From the human T2T-CHM13v2.0 reference genome, Homo sapiens: a DNA stretch of 64,000 bases. Positions 1 through 12,031 of the stretch are shown piece by piece. The position numbers were made by a program, and so were the translations under genes. The DNA lies in assembly GCF_009914755.1 (NCBI RefSeq), contig NC_060942.1, one strand, 5' to 3'. Below the pieces are notes generated by a model. That model was not told the origin of the DNA and did not search any database. It saw only the letters and a program-made list of their open reading frames with translations. The first letter of the stretch is position 1. Each line of letters begins with the position of its first letter.

Positions 1-857
1 TTTCCTCTCTTTTATTTTCAGAGATTTACATTGTTGGCTAACAGTTTTATATGCTCAATCTTGCTTCCTCCTCCTGGACCTTTCACAGACCTCACTCCTT
101 GATAACATTCTTGCACTCATATTTTTATTTCAGCACCTTCTTCTCAGAAGATTTGAACAATGCTAGGGTTATGCATAAGTATAACATGCTACGAGAGCAA
201 GAAGCACTTGTCCATGAGAATCTGATCATACTTGGAAGTGCCAGACTTGGTCACATGTACACATTTCTATTGTTTCACAGAAACATAGCATCTCAGATCC
301 AGAAGAGGACCTTGGCCTACCATATGCCTAATGCTTGAATTTCCTTACCTGTCCAAGAAGTCCCTTATGATGTACTCTTGTAATACCATCTTTCATCCTT
401 AGACAACTTAACTGATATGAAGTTCAAACTTATATTGCCTGCTTGACTGTGGTTTCAACACCTTATACCTAATATCACTCCTAGGACCATAAGGGGTAAA
501 TCTTTCACATGACTGCTCCTACAGTTGTTTGAAGCCATCAATGATATTCACTCATAGAGGGCTTTGAGGCTTACCAACCTTTGCTACAACAATATTCCTC
601 AGGAGACAGTCTTGAGTACAGTGCCTGCAATACATTTTGTTATCATTGCATAATTAATTGATAATTGTATTCAAATTCTTTCTTCAATATCATAGGCTCT
701 CTCCCTTAGGCATCTCAAATTTATCTTCACAGCTTTTCAACTGCAAATTTAAGAACAAAATGTAAAACCTCTGATACCTCTAAGCAGCATAATAAAATGA
801 AGGTTTTAAGGCCTTCTTTTGCTCCATAATATACGTATGTCAGTGTGGCATAGGTTA

Positions 858-1100
858 TTAGCTACCATTTATTGTGCAATTATAATGTACTTGGAACTAA
901 GCTAAGTACATATTATCTCATTTAATTTTCACTATTTTGTAAAATTGAAGATATGTATTTGTTTTATATTTTAAGAAACTGAAGCCAGAGAAGCAAAACA
1001 ATTGCTCAAAGTCATTCAGTTAGTTAATGAGGCAACAAGATTTGAAACCAAGTTTGTCTAATCTCAAAGCTCATACTTTTAACCATTATTTTATTACTGC
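858..1100 (-). mobile_element. MIR SINE, near full length
   Basis: Reverse-complement MIR landmarks in order: catttattgtg, tctcatttaat, gaaactgaagccagag, ttgctcaaagtca, tttgaaaccaag, tttaaccatta. Confidence 0.75.
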
Positions 1101-1389
1101 CTTTGTAGATGCTTGGCAACCTCATTAAAGCATTAACATATGTTGAATCTACTGTCAATTATATTTGCCTATTTCACACGTGTTTTGCATTGCCTCTTTA
1201 TCATTACAAATTATTTTGTTTTTGTTAAATATAACTTACATGATAGAAAAAAATGATTGAATCCACTTAGCATCAGTACACCTGCTCTGAGAACTGTAAT
1301 TTACATAATATCTTTTACCTTGCCTCTTCCTCCAAAAACTGGGAAAAATAGTATTGGCACACACCTCTTGGCCTACTCAATGGCCAAGG

Positions 1390-1480
1390 TATTCATCTGT
1401 TTTGTCCACTGATGTATCTCAAGCACCTAATACAGTGTTTGGCTCACAGTAAGTGCTCAAAAAAATCATTATTGAATGGA
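1390..1480 (+). mobile_element. L2 LINE 3' end
   Basis: tgttttgtccactgatgtatctcaagcacctaatacagtgtttggctcacagtaagtgctcaa...ttgaatgga resembles the L2 3' terminus. Confidence 0.6.
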
Positions 1481-2949
1481 TTGCTGTGATTAAAAGACAC
1501 ATTTTATGTGTATGCTTTGTGGAATACCTTGGAAACATTTTACTATCGATAAATGGTAGACATTCTTAATTTGAACTTTGAGAACATAAAGGATAGTACA
1601 TGTGTCTATTACATTTAGCTTCTTCCCATAATTCAGCATATTGAGATATTATGAATTTTGATTCTCTCCTGAAACATATTTATCTTGGCTTCTAGTTCCA
1701 TGTTGCCAGAACACGCCTACTATATGTTAGTCTCAGTTACTCATAAAAACATAGTACTGGACAGATCTTATAAACAGAAATTTTTAGTAGACTAGAATCT
1801 CCCCTCTAGGCTTGACTCTGATTTTCTATATAGATGGTTTTTTATTCATTTAGGCTCCTGGAGATTTATAACTGACAAGGATCTGATAAATCACCGATAT
1901 CTTAAACCAAATCACCAAACAACTTTTAGCAAATGATTCCCATTCCCTCACTGGTTCCTGCCTGATCCTTCTCACCAGGCTTCCGAGTGTCAAATTGCAT
2001 CTGGTGAAGACTGAAGACTTCTATCCTGGAATGTCTTTGACCTCACTTGCCATTTGCAGTGAAGATTTATCAGCTCCAAATGGAAAGGAATGGGAATTGA
2101 TTGTGAAGGCAAACATCAGGCTGTTATCCTGAAAGAGAAGCAAAACAGACCTAACTCCAAGAGAAAATTTTGCCCAAATGTTGTAAAGCACAAAGAAAAA
2201 TACCCAGATTGTTTCCTTTTTATATTCCAAATCATTGACAAAACTGAAAATGTCTTTCTTTTCCTTTTCCTTTTTGTGACTATACTAGTCACAAAAATCT
2301 AATAGCTTTCTAATTTATCTCATTTGATATTATCTCATCATTAGAAGTTTTGGAAACTTTGGAAATGGCACTAGAATCTCATTTAAAAAATTAATGCAGA
2401 CTCATTGTTAAATAAGATGAACTGACTACATGAATTTAACTTATCTTCAAACCCAATAAAAATGTCACAAAAGAATTAAAAAAATTAACTTCCCAGGAAA
2501 AAGACAATTAGATATGAAATAAGAGCATAGGAAAATTTCAATTATCTTTGGAAGACAGAGAGTGGAAAGAATAATCATTTAAAAATCACATAGCAGAAAA
2601 AGTTAGTCTAATTATTTGCCAAAGAATTCCAATGAGAATCAAGTTATCAGTTCCTGAAAAAAGACGTGTGGAAGTGGACTTAACAAAAGAGTAGAATTGG
2701 TTGAAAATTCATATATAAAAGGCAGAGACAGTCAGATTCCCATCTGCATCCCAGGAAGCCAGGCAACTGTGATGCCATCCCCCAAGGTTAGAGCGAAATG
2801 TTTGTAGAAATTGAACCAATCAGGCCCTGGATACTGGGAAATCAGGTTTTAGTCAGGTATAGATATGAGGAACTGGATTGTACACCAGAGAAATTAGGAG
2901 TAAAGTTACTCCAGATTAGGTTGCCTGATAATTTGGTGGCTGATTGTTA

Positions 2950-3680
2950 AAATCCAGTCTCTGCTAAGGCCAGAATCAAGCTGAAAGCTTTGTTTCAAAA
3001 GGAGAGTATTTATCATCCGAGAATGGCAGAAATTTGCCCCAAAATGTGAAGAGTCTGCACTGCTATTCACCAAGGGGCCTGCTAAAAATCTCCAAGCAGC
3101 ACCTCCCTCCGGCACTGACGCTTCACACATCATCAAATCTGATGGACAACATGATGCATATGGTAGTCTTCTCTTATTTGGGCCCCTGTTCAAAAGTAGC
3201 TTTTGGGGTCAGTTGGAAATGGACCAAAGTAGGACACCCAGTGAGGAATAAATTGCCTCCAAAATCAAAGGGGCCCACCAGGAATTGTTCCTTGTTTTTT
3301 TTCATAATAGGGGCCAGATGTAACATGCTCTGTCCCATTTGACCCCTACAAGTTTAACTGGATAAATGTTCTCTGATTTGTGTGTGTGTGTGTGTGTGTG
3401 TTTATTCCCTAGACTCTGGCACACAAATATCTTTCCAATTAATCTAGAGTAGTTGCTATTTCTTGTTCACTATGTCTAATCCACATACAATGTCATCAAT
3501 GTAATGGACCAGTGTGATGTCTTGTGGAAGAGAACTATAATCAAGATTGCTGAGGACTAAGTTATGCCACAGGGTTGGAAAGTTGACATACCCATGGGGT
3601 AAGACAATGAAGGTGGTTTCCTAGAGTTGCCAACTGAAAGCAAACTGCTCTTGTTGTCTTTACTAAAGGTATCAGAAAAA
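2950..3680 (-). mobile_element. Old ERV-L pol (RT) fragment, degraded
   Basis: Aligns by eye to the HERV-L RT at 28700-29390 in this window; minus strand reads VLPHGY (~3590-3606) and YIDD (3492-3503). Confidence 0.75.
3379..3401. repeat. (TG)n microsatellite
   Basis: Direct inspection. Confidence 0.95.
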
Positions 3681-3699
3681 AAAGAAGCAGAGAGAGAAA

Positions 3700-3883
3700 T
3701 AGTTTAACTACTTAGGTGAGGCCCATCCAGATTATCAAGGAAAACCTCCTCTACTTGAAGTCAGCTGATTGTAAATGTGAATTATCTTTATGAAATACCT
3801 TCACAGAAACACCTAAATTGGTGTTTTATTGAGTAACTGTAGCTATAGCCTAGCTAAGTTGGCACATAAAGCCAATAATCACA
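3700..3883 (-). mobile_element. MLT2-family (ERVL) LTR, 5' portion
   Basis: ctatagcctagctaagttggcacataaagccaataatcaca is the reverse complement of the MLT2 start TGTGATGGTTAATTTTATGTGTCAACTTG; adjacent to the ERV-L pol fragment. Confidence 0.7.
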
Positions 3884-4059
3884 AGAAGTAAAGTGCATGA
3901 TGATATTACAGAATAGATGAGACAGTGGTGAATGGAGTTAAAGTATCCACACATCCTAGCATTTATTTGGATGTGGTAAACCTAAAGAATGGAGTAAGTT
4001 AAGGATTATTAAATTCTAGTAATATACAGTAACCCTTAACAGAACAGTTAAAGAAGGTA

Positions 4060-5015
4060 TAACTAGGATGCTATAGCACTATGCCATGGGATAAACACTT
4101 ATGAAGTCATAGCCCAGAGACATAAACCCACTTTTAAAAAGGTCAGATGTAATCATAAGACAACAGAAAGTTTCCTCTCCCCCACAGTTTACCAGCACAC
4201 CAACAGCAAACACATGGTATAATAATAGTGAGCTATGGCCGAAGAGACACAAGGCTCAGTGTCTGTCTGAAGGTACTTAGGGACAACTGAAGTCAAGAGG
4301 GGAGACAAAAGCAACCATCCACTAGAGGATTTGAAGCCTCTGGCACTGATGGTTACAACAAACATTAAACGCAGCTCAATTCTGTTTTTCTCAATCAACA
4401 TAAATCCTCCCACAAAAGACCTATTTACCTCAGTTTCTATTTGCCAATACATATTATTTAAATTTAAAAAGAATTACAAGGTATGTCAAAGGGTAAGACA
4501 AAATATGGACTAAAGAGAAAAATCAAGCATCAGAACCAGAGTCAGATATAACACAGGTGTTAGAATTATCAGACAGAAAACCTAAAATAACTATAATTAA
4601 TATGTTGAGAACTCTAATGTAAAAGTAGATACCAAGGAAGAGCAGATGGTTATTGTAAGCAAAGAGATGGAAATTCTAAGGAAGAACCAAAAGGAAATGA
4701 TAGTAATAAAAAATATAGCAACAGAAATAAAGAATGCCTTCACAGAGCTCACCAGCAAACAGGACATAGCTAAAGAAAAAATCAGTTAGCTTGAAGGTGG
4801 GTCAATAGAAACTTCCCAAACTAAAATACAGCAAGAAAAAAAAAATGAAATGAACAAACAAAAAAAATCCAAGAAATGTGACAATCTCAAAAGGTGTAAC
4901 ACATGTATAATTGGAATACCACAAGGAATGCAAGAGAGAATATAACAGAAAAAATTGTTAAATTATAACAGCTGATAACTTTCCAAAATTAATGCAGACA
5001 CCAAAGCACAGATTT

Positions 5016-5054
<39 letters not shown>

Positions 5055-5215
5055 AATGCCCTAGGCATATTATATCCAAACTGCACAAAACCAGAGACAA
5101 AAAGAACATCTTGAAAGAAGCTAATAAACAACAACAAAAAATAATTCCTGTAACTGAAGAAGGGCAAAGATAAGAACACAATAGCCTTCTCAACAGAAAC
5201 CATGCAAGTGAAAGG
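4060..5215 (+). mobile_element. Ancient L1M (L1MC/MD-like) 5'UTR and ORF1 relic
   Basis: A-rich ORF1-type sequence (gaattatcagacag...aagaatgcctt...gtcaatagaaacttccc); the 5' part resembles 58640-59070 in this window. Confidence 0.75.
5019..5052. repeat. (CA)n microsatellite
   Basis: Direct inspection. Confidence 0.95.
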
Positions 5216-5219
5216 CATT

Positions 5220-5357
5220 CTGTTTCTTCTACCTGGAGCACTTCTACCTCTTATCCATAACCTCAGTCCTTACTCATTCTTGTCACCATTGGGTTGTTGC
5301 TCTGATATCACAGCATTAGTGAATCCTTCCATGACAATTCCACTTAAAAATACAACC
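5220..5357 (+). mobile_element. L2 fragment (continues at ~8318-8550 after the L1MA insertion)
   Basis: Pyrimidine-rich L2-like sequence on both sides of the L1MA; L2 3'-end motif at ~8430-8550. Confidence 0.55.
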
Positions 5358-5362
5358 TTTGG

Positions 5363-8308
5363 AAATGCCTCCTGGAAGGGAGCAAGATGGTGAACTAGAA
5401 GGCTCCACTGATTGTTCCCTCCACAGGAACACCATATTTAACAACTATCTACACCAAAAAAAGCACCTTCATAAGAACCAAAAATCATGTGATCACTCAC
5501 AGTACCTGGTTTTAATTTCATATTGCTGAAAAAGGCACTGAAGCAAGTAGGAAAGACAGCCTTAAAGCACCAATGCCACCCCTCCCCCCATCTTCCCATA
5601 GCAGCTGGGTAGTGTTGGGGAGAATCTATGCACTTGGGTGGGGGAGAGTGCAGCAATTGTAAGATTTTGTATAGCCCTATCATAGCAGAAAGTAAAACTG
5701 GGCTGAACTCAGCTAACACCCACCTGCAGAGGAAGCATCTAGACCATCTAGCCACAGAGGATTTGCCTATTCCATTGGCCAGAGCTGGAGTTCATGCAAG
5801 CCTCGCCACCATGGGCTGAAGTGCTCTGCAGTCCTAAACAAACTTGAGAGACCACAAGGACTGCAACTTGGAACTGGGGGACATGTGACTTACTATGACA
5901 CCAGCTAGGGCAGCTAAGGGAGAGCTTGTGCCACTCCTCCCCCAACCCCAGGCAGTACAGCTCACAGCTGCAAAAGGTGCCCTTTCTTCCTCTTGAAAGG
6001 AGGAGAGGGAAGAGTATGGAGGACTTTTGATTTGCATCTTGGATGCCAGCTCAGTTACAGAAGGATAGGACACTGATCAGAGTAACGAGGCCCCCATACT
6101 ATGCCCTTCCCCAGATTACATTTTTAGACATACCCTGGCCCAAAAGAGAACCCACTGCCTTGCAAGGAAGCTCCCAGTCCTGCCAGGTTCCATTGCCTGC
6201 TGACTAAAGAGCCTTGGGTCGTGAATAACCAGCAGCAATACCCAGGGGGTATACCGTGGACCTTGAATGAGACTCTGAGATGTACTGACTTCAAGTGAGG
6301 TCTAGCGTTAGCTACAAATAAAGTAAAATACCTAGGAATTAACCAATGATGTGAAAGATCTTCTCAATGAAAACTATGAAACATTGAGTCAAGAATTTAA
6401 AGAGGACACCAATGAAAAGATATTCCATGTTCATTTGGAAAAATCAATATTATTAAAATGTTCATACTACCTAAAGCAGTCTACAGATTTAATGCAATCC
6501 TTACCCAAATACCAATACATTCTTCACAGAAATAGAGGAAAGAAAGAACCTAAAATGTATGTGAAACCACAAAAGACACAGAATATCCAAAGCTATGCTG
6601 AGCAAAAAGAACAAAGCTGGAGGAATCACATTCTCTGGCTTCAAATTATGCTACAGAGCTATGGTAACCAAAATGCATGGTAATGGCATAAAAACAGACA
6701 CATAGTCCAATGGAACAGAATAGAGAACTCAAAAAAAATCCATACATCTACAGTGAACTCATTTTGAAGAAAGGTGAAAAGCACATACAATGAACACACT
6801 CTTCAATAAATGGAGCTGGAAAAATTGGATATCCATATGCAGAACAATTAAACTAGACTGCTATCTCTTGCCATATACAAAAATCAAATTGAAATGGATT
6901 AAAGACTTAAATCTAAGACCTCAAAGTAGGAAACTACTAAAATAAAACATTGGGGAAACTCTCCAGGACATTGGAATAGGCAAAGATTTCTCGAGTAATA
7001 CCCCACAAGCACAGGTAACTAAAGAAAAAATGGGCAAATGGAATCACATCAAGTTAAAAAGCTTCGGCACAGCAAAAGAAACAACCAACATAGTGAAAAG
7101 ACAACACACAGAATGAGAGACAATATTTGCAAACTTCCTATCTGACAAGGGATTAATAACTACAATGTATAAACAGCTCAAACAACTCTATAGGAAAACA
7201 AATCTAATAATCCTATTAAAAAATGGACAAAAAATCTGAAAAGAAATTTCTCAAAAGAAGACATACAAATGGCAAACAGTTTATGAAAAAGAACTCAACA
7301 TTGTTGATCATCAAAGAAATGCAAATCAAAACTACAATGAGATACCATCTCACCCCAGTCAAAATGGCTTTTACCCAAAAGACAGGCAATAATAAACATT
7401 GGTGAGGATGTGGAGAAAAGGGAACCTTCATATTCTGCTGGTGATAATGTAAATTAGTACAACCACTATGGAGAACAGTTTGAAGGTTCCTAAAAAAACT
7501 AAAAATAGAGCTACCATATGAATAGGAAACCTGACTTCTAGGTAAATATCCAAAAGAAAGGAAATCAATGTATCAAAGAGACACTCCCATGTTTATTGCA
7601 GGTCTATTCACAATATCCTAGATTTGAAAGTAACCTATGCATTCATGAACAGATGAATGGATAAAGAAAATGTGGTACATATACCCAATGGAATACTATT
7701 CAGCCATAAAAAAGAATGAGATCCTGTCATTTACAACAATATGAGTGGAACTGGAGGTCATTATGTTAAGTGAAATAAGCCAGACACAGAAAAACTTTGG
7801 ATGTTCTCATTTATTTGTGGGAACTAGAAATTAAGACAATTGAACTTGCGGAGATAGGGAGTAGAAGGATGGTTACCAGAAGCTGGGAAGGGTAGCTGTG
7901 GGATGATGATGGGAAGTGGGGATGGGGAACTGGAAAGTAATACTACAAACTCAAAAGTGAAACACAAATAGTAATTTATTCATTGCTTAAGGTAGAGAGT
8001 AAATTATTATAATAATTATTATGTATCATTAAGGGGGACAAAAAATAATTAGAAAGAGTAGGACCCAGCATTTTCTAGCACAACAGGGTGACTGTAGTCA
8101 AAAATAATTTAATCATACATTTAAAAATAACCAAAAGAATGTAATTGGATTGTTTGTTACACAAAGGATAAATGCTTGAGGGGATGGATACTCCATTTAC
8201 CCTGATGTGGCTGTCACATATTACATGTCTTTATCAAAATATCCCATATACCCCATAAATATATACACCTACTATGTACCCGTAAAAATTCAACATTAGT
8301 AATAAAAA
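5363..8308 (+). mobile_element. L1MA (L1MA2/3-like) with large internal deletion: 5'UTR joined to late ORF2 and 3'UTR
   Basis: Starts with ggagcaagatgg 5'UTR; ORF2 3' part from ~6310 (ORF track includes [18 protein letters not shown]); L1MA-type 3'UTR (ggataaatgcttgag...cctactatgtacc); imperfect TSD aaaaatacaacctttg / aaaaaccaaccctttg. Confidence 0.9.
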
Positions 8309-8589
8309 ACCAACCCTTTGTATCTCCCTGATCTAAGCTCAAGCACTCTGTGTTCCCTTTCCAAGGTATAATTTTCTCATTTGAACTCATCTCCACTTAT
8401 CATTTTCTATATTTTATTTAACATATGTTTATTGTCTTTGTCACTAAATTGAAGTTCTATAAGAACAAGGATTTTTGTGTTTTTTCACTGCTATAGACTG
8501 TAAGATCACCTGGCCCACAATGTTTAAATTTATTACTTAAATGAGTTAACTGTCTCAATCTGAAATAAAATAATTACATACGCAATACT

Positions 8590-8710
8590 AACAATAATAA
8601 TTATAATAGCAATTATTTATTGAATACTTAGCATGTGCCAGTTCCATGTGCTAATAATTTTAAAATATATTTTATCATTCAATTCCGAAAATAACCCAAT
8701 TAGGTAGGGG
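8590..8710 (-). mobile_element. MIR fragment
   Basis: atttattgaatacttagcatgtgccag...attcaattcc...taggtagg. Confidence 0.6.
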
Positions 8711-9079
8711 TCAGGCTGGTTGGGTCCTCTCTGTTCAATGAGCCAGATAAATTCCATGACACTTGGCATGTCTTTGAGAATAGGCCTTGTGAGAGAAAGG
8801 TTACCTCACATAACAAAGAGTCACCAGGCAGAGATCCTATGGGTCCCCCATCTTTCCATTCCCTCATGTCACAACCAGGAAGTCTGCACTAGGTTCTAAT
8901 GTAGTAAAGCCCTACCACTACCACCATTGGGTGTTTTCCTTTTAAAAATATGAGGAAATGGTTGCATCAGTGCTGAAACACACGAGTGTTTGGTGCTTGA
9001 AAATCTGGATTTAGAATGTCAACACTTTACAGAGTTTTCTGGAATAGCCAACTGTCGGATTTTGAGACAACTAGGGACC

Positions 9080-9535
9080 TTGTAGGTTATAGACTATCAC
9101 AGAGCTCCCTGGCAGGAAAAAATACCTGGAGAAGTTGAGCTCCAGTACCATTCCACCAGTTGGGAAAAAAACATCCACACTTGAGTCCTATGTGCAGATT
9201 TATGAAGATGTGTGGCCCTGTGAACAGAGAAGTCAAATTGTGATGATGCATTTGCAACAGGGTCCTCAGAATATTCATGACAAACTCTGAAGCTGGGAGG
9301 GCCCTGAAATTGAAGTTGGGTCTGGGCTTTTTTACTCTCAAAGTGACCAGTCATTGGATGCAGGGTGCCCCAGCAAAAGGCATAGATTTGAACAAGGAAG
9401 CTCTCTGGGTGGAAGGCAACTCCCAGAGAGAAGTTGATCTGAGAATTGTCAGCAACCAAACTTGCAGCTGAAGAAATAAATGTCTTAGTTATAAAGATGG
9501 GGGAATTGGCCAATGTACCATATAGCATGTGCTAG
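9080..9535 (-). mobile_element. LTR33-like ERVL solo LTR
   Basis: cattggatgcagggtgcccc...gctctctgggtggaaggcaactcccagagag...tgtcagcaacc matches the recalled LTR33 reverse strand. Confidence 0.6.
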
Positions 9536-10139
9536 AGCCTCTGTTACTCTTCTTAATCAAAATGTGTCACTAAGATTTATTATTTTAACAACCTATGGTT
9601 GTTAATTCTCTAATCCCTTGATGCAATGAATACTTAAAATGCCAAACAACTGTAAAGGCAATTGCACAGAAAAGAAAACACTTTTAAAAGTCTATTTTTA
9701 TTGAACAATAAACAATAAAATCATTTGGGAATGTTTTGTAATACAATGCTCCCCAAAAGTTGAAGCACACAAAATTCTTTTGAAAATTATAAATATTTGG
9801 AACTGAAAAGTAATACTACAAACTCAAAAGTGATACACAAATAGTAATTTATTCATTGCTTAAGGTAGAGAGTAAATTATCATAATCTATTTTATTAATT
9901 TTTCATCAAAAAGTGATAAGTGGGGAAATTGCTATTAAGCAATCTCTTCAGTTACAGAAACTAAATTATTGCTGGGTGATAAATTTGTGCAGCCAAGAAT
10001 CTTAAACAGAACACTGCAGGAACTGAACCATTGAGTTATATATCAAAATTACTGAATTTGTACAGTGAACAAGCCTGTGGAGCTGTTTATCATTACTTCA
10101 TTGCTACTAATTCACAGAACACCAAATTATACTTGTATG

Positions 10140-10560
10140 CTATTACATTTAGTGACATTAGGCAAGTGAATTAATTCTTTCCCCACTTCCTTAGTTTCTT
10201 CACCTATACCACTGAGATAATAATACCAATCTCTCTTCTTCTATTGGACTATCAATATGAGATCATAAATGTAAAGACTGAATGTTTGCTAACAATAAAG
10301 AAATGTAAAATGATAGTAGGAGTACTATTTTAGATACTTTATAATATTAATAGAAGGAAAACTTTGTGTGTTGCAAAACTAGGAACTAATTTTTCAGTTA
10401 AGAAATATTTGAGTAACGTTTGATGATATGTGAATTATTTTACCTTTCTGGACTATAGTTTTTCATATGTAAAATGAAGAGGAATATCTATCTCACAAAA
10501 CTATGATGAAAAGATAATACCAGTGAGAATCGCTTTCTATTCTAAAAATACTGCACAGGT
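10140..10560 (+). mobile_element. Two degraded MIR fragments (~10140-10300 and ~10410-10560)
   Basis: MIR core motifs ggcaagtgaatt...agtttcttcacctata and agtttttcatatgtaaaatgaag. Confidence 0.55.
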
Positions 10561-11123
10561 ATATTGAGATCATCACCATCACTGTTTCTAGCACATTATC
10601 ACACGATCACCATCATTATCACCTTCCTTGATATTATCAAGATGAATTTTAAACATTTAGGAAAAATCTGAAAAACAGAGATCTTATTCAAATTTTAAGA
10701 TAATTACTAATATCATATTTAAAGTAATTAAAATTTTAAAATATGGCTATATAAATCTTGATAAATACTAGTCAGTAGACTTTACCCTTTGTAACGCCTT
10801 TACCATCCAAGAGAATATCCAGTTTTTTATCTTCAGAAAGATAAAACCTTGGTGTCAATAAGACCTTGGTGTCAATGACATTTCCATTACAGCTTCAATA
10901 AGAGTTATCAAGATTCTCAGAAATGTTTCTTAACATTTGATGGGCCAAAAATATTTCTTACAAACAAGCTTTGGGTCCTTATCTCAAAGGAAAGTCATAA
11001 ACATATTGGTCCCAGTACTTCTGAGAGTTGCTGTAGCCAAAGATGATCAGTCTCCCTCACCTATATCTGGTAGCAATTTTCCAAGGTGGTCCCCACTGCA
11101 AATGCCATATTGAATTGGCATTA

Positions 11124-11213
11124 TAGGTTGGTGCAAAAGTAATTGTAGTTTCTGCTATTACTTAAAAAAACAACAATAACAAAAGGCAAAAACCGGAATT
11201 ATTTTTGCACCAA
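11124..11213. mobile_element. MADE1 (Hsmar1/mariner MITE)
   Basis: TIRs taggttggtgcaaaagtaattg ... aattatttttgcaccaa; right TIR interrupted by an Alu and resumes as cctaa at ~11400. Confidence 0.9.
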
Positions 11214-11216
11214 TTT

Positions 11217-11248
<32 letters not shown>

Positions 11249-11401
11249 GTGGCCGGGTGTTGTAGCTCACCCTTGTAATCCCAGCAGTTTGGAAGGCCGA
11301 GGCGGGCAGATCACTTGAGGTCGTGATTCGAAACCAGCCTGGCCAACATGAGGAAACAACCAAAATGCTGAGATTGCAGGCATGAACCACCATGCTTGGC
11401 C
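11214..11401. mobile_element. Rearranged Alu composite: poly-T, plus-strand Alu 5' part, then minus-strand Alu 5' end
   Basis: T-tract 11214-11248; ggccgggtgttgtagctcac at 11251-11357; caaaatgctgagattgcaggcatgaaccaccatgcttggcc at 11361-11401. Confidence 0.85.
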
Positions 11402-11489
11402 CTAAAAATATTCTAAAATTAGAAGATTTCACTGCCAAATTTTCACTTTAGAATTTGCTTACTTAAATGGAATTACTGCTTTGCTTCAG

Positions 11490-11898
11490 TTTGTAGATTA
11501 TTCACTAAAAGCAGTCTCAGGAAAACAGGACCTTCAACCGGTATGAAAGAAAATGCACAGACCAACAGCTTTGGGAATGGGCTGGCCAGCTTGATAAGGA
11601 CAGGCTGAGGCCACCTGCAGAAGGGTGCCCCCCACATTGATAAAACAATGATTAACTGCATGCCTGAGACTGTACAAATTTCACACACAAAAAAATGTTT
11701 TAAGCATTATTTCCCATAATTTCCCTTAACAACCCATGATCCAGAGGCACAACATGGAGAGGTGGTCTTCAAATACTCCTTCACTGCCTCTTCCAGTGGC
11801 TGGCTTCTTGAATAAAGCTGACTTTCCTTTCACCAAATCTCATCTCTTGGGTTTTTGGCTTTCAGGTGATGAATGGTCCGGACCTGATTTCGGTTACA
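11490..11898 (+). mobile_element. ERV1-class solo LTR (subfamily uncertain)
   Basis: AATAAA at ~11811 and LTR-type end ggacctgatttcggttaca. Confidence 0.65.
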
Positions 11899-12031
11899 AT
11901 AGCTCCACTGAAACCATCCTTGTGAGGTGACTTCTTGGCCACTAAATCCAAGGACCCCCTTTCAGTCCTTGTCCTCTCAGCATATTGGCAGAATTATACC
12001 GTTCCCTTTTGCCTAAAACACGCCTTCACTT

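Noticed and set aside
4080-4560. Similarity to 58640-59070 as a segmental duplication
   Set aside because: High divergence; explained by two related ancient L1M 5' regions.
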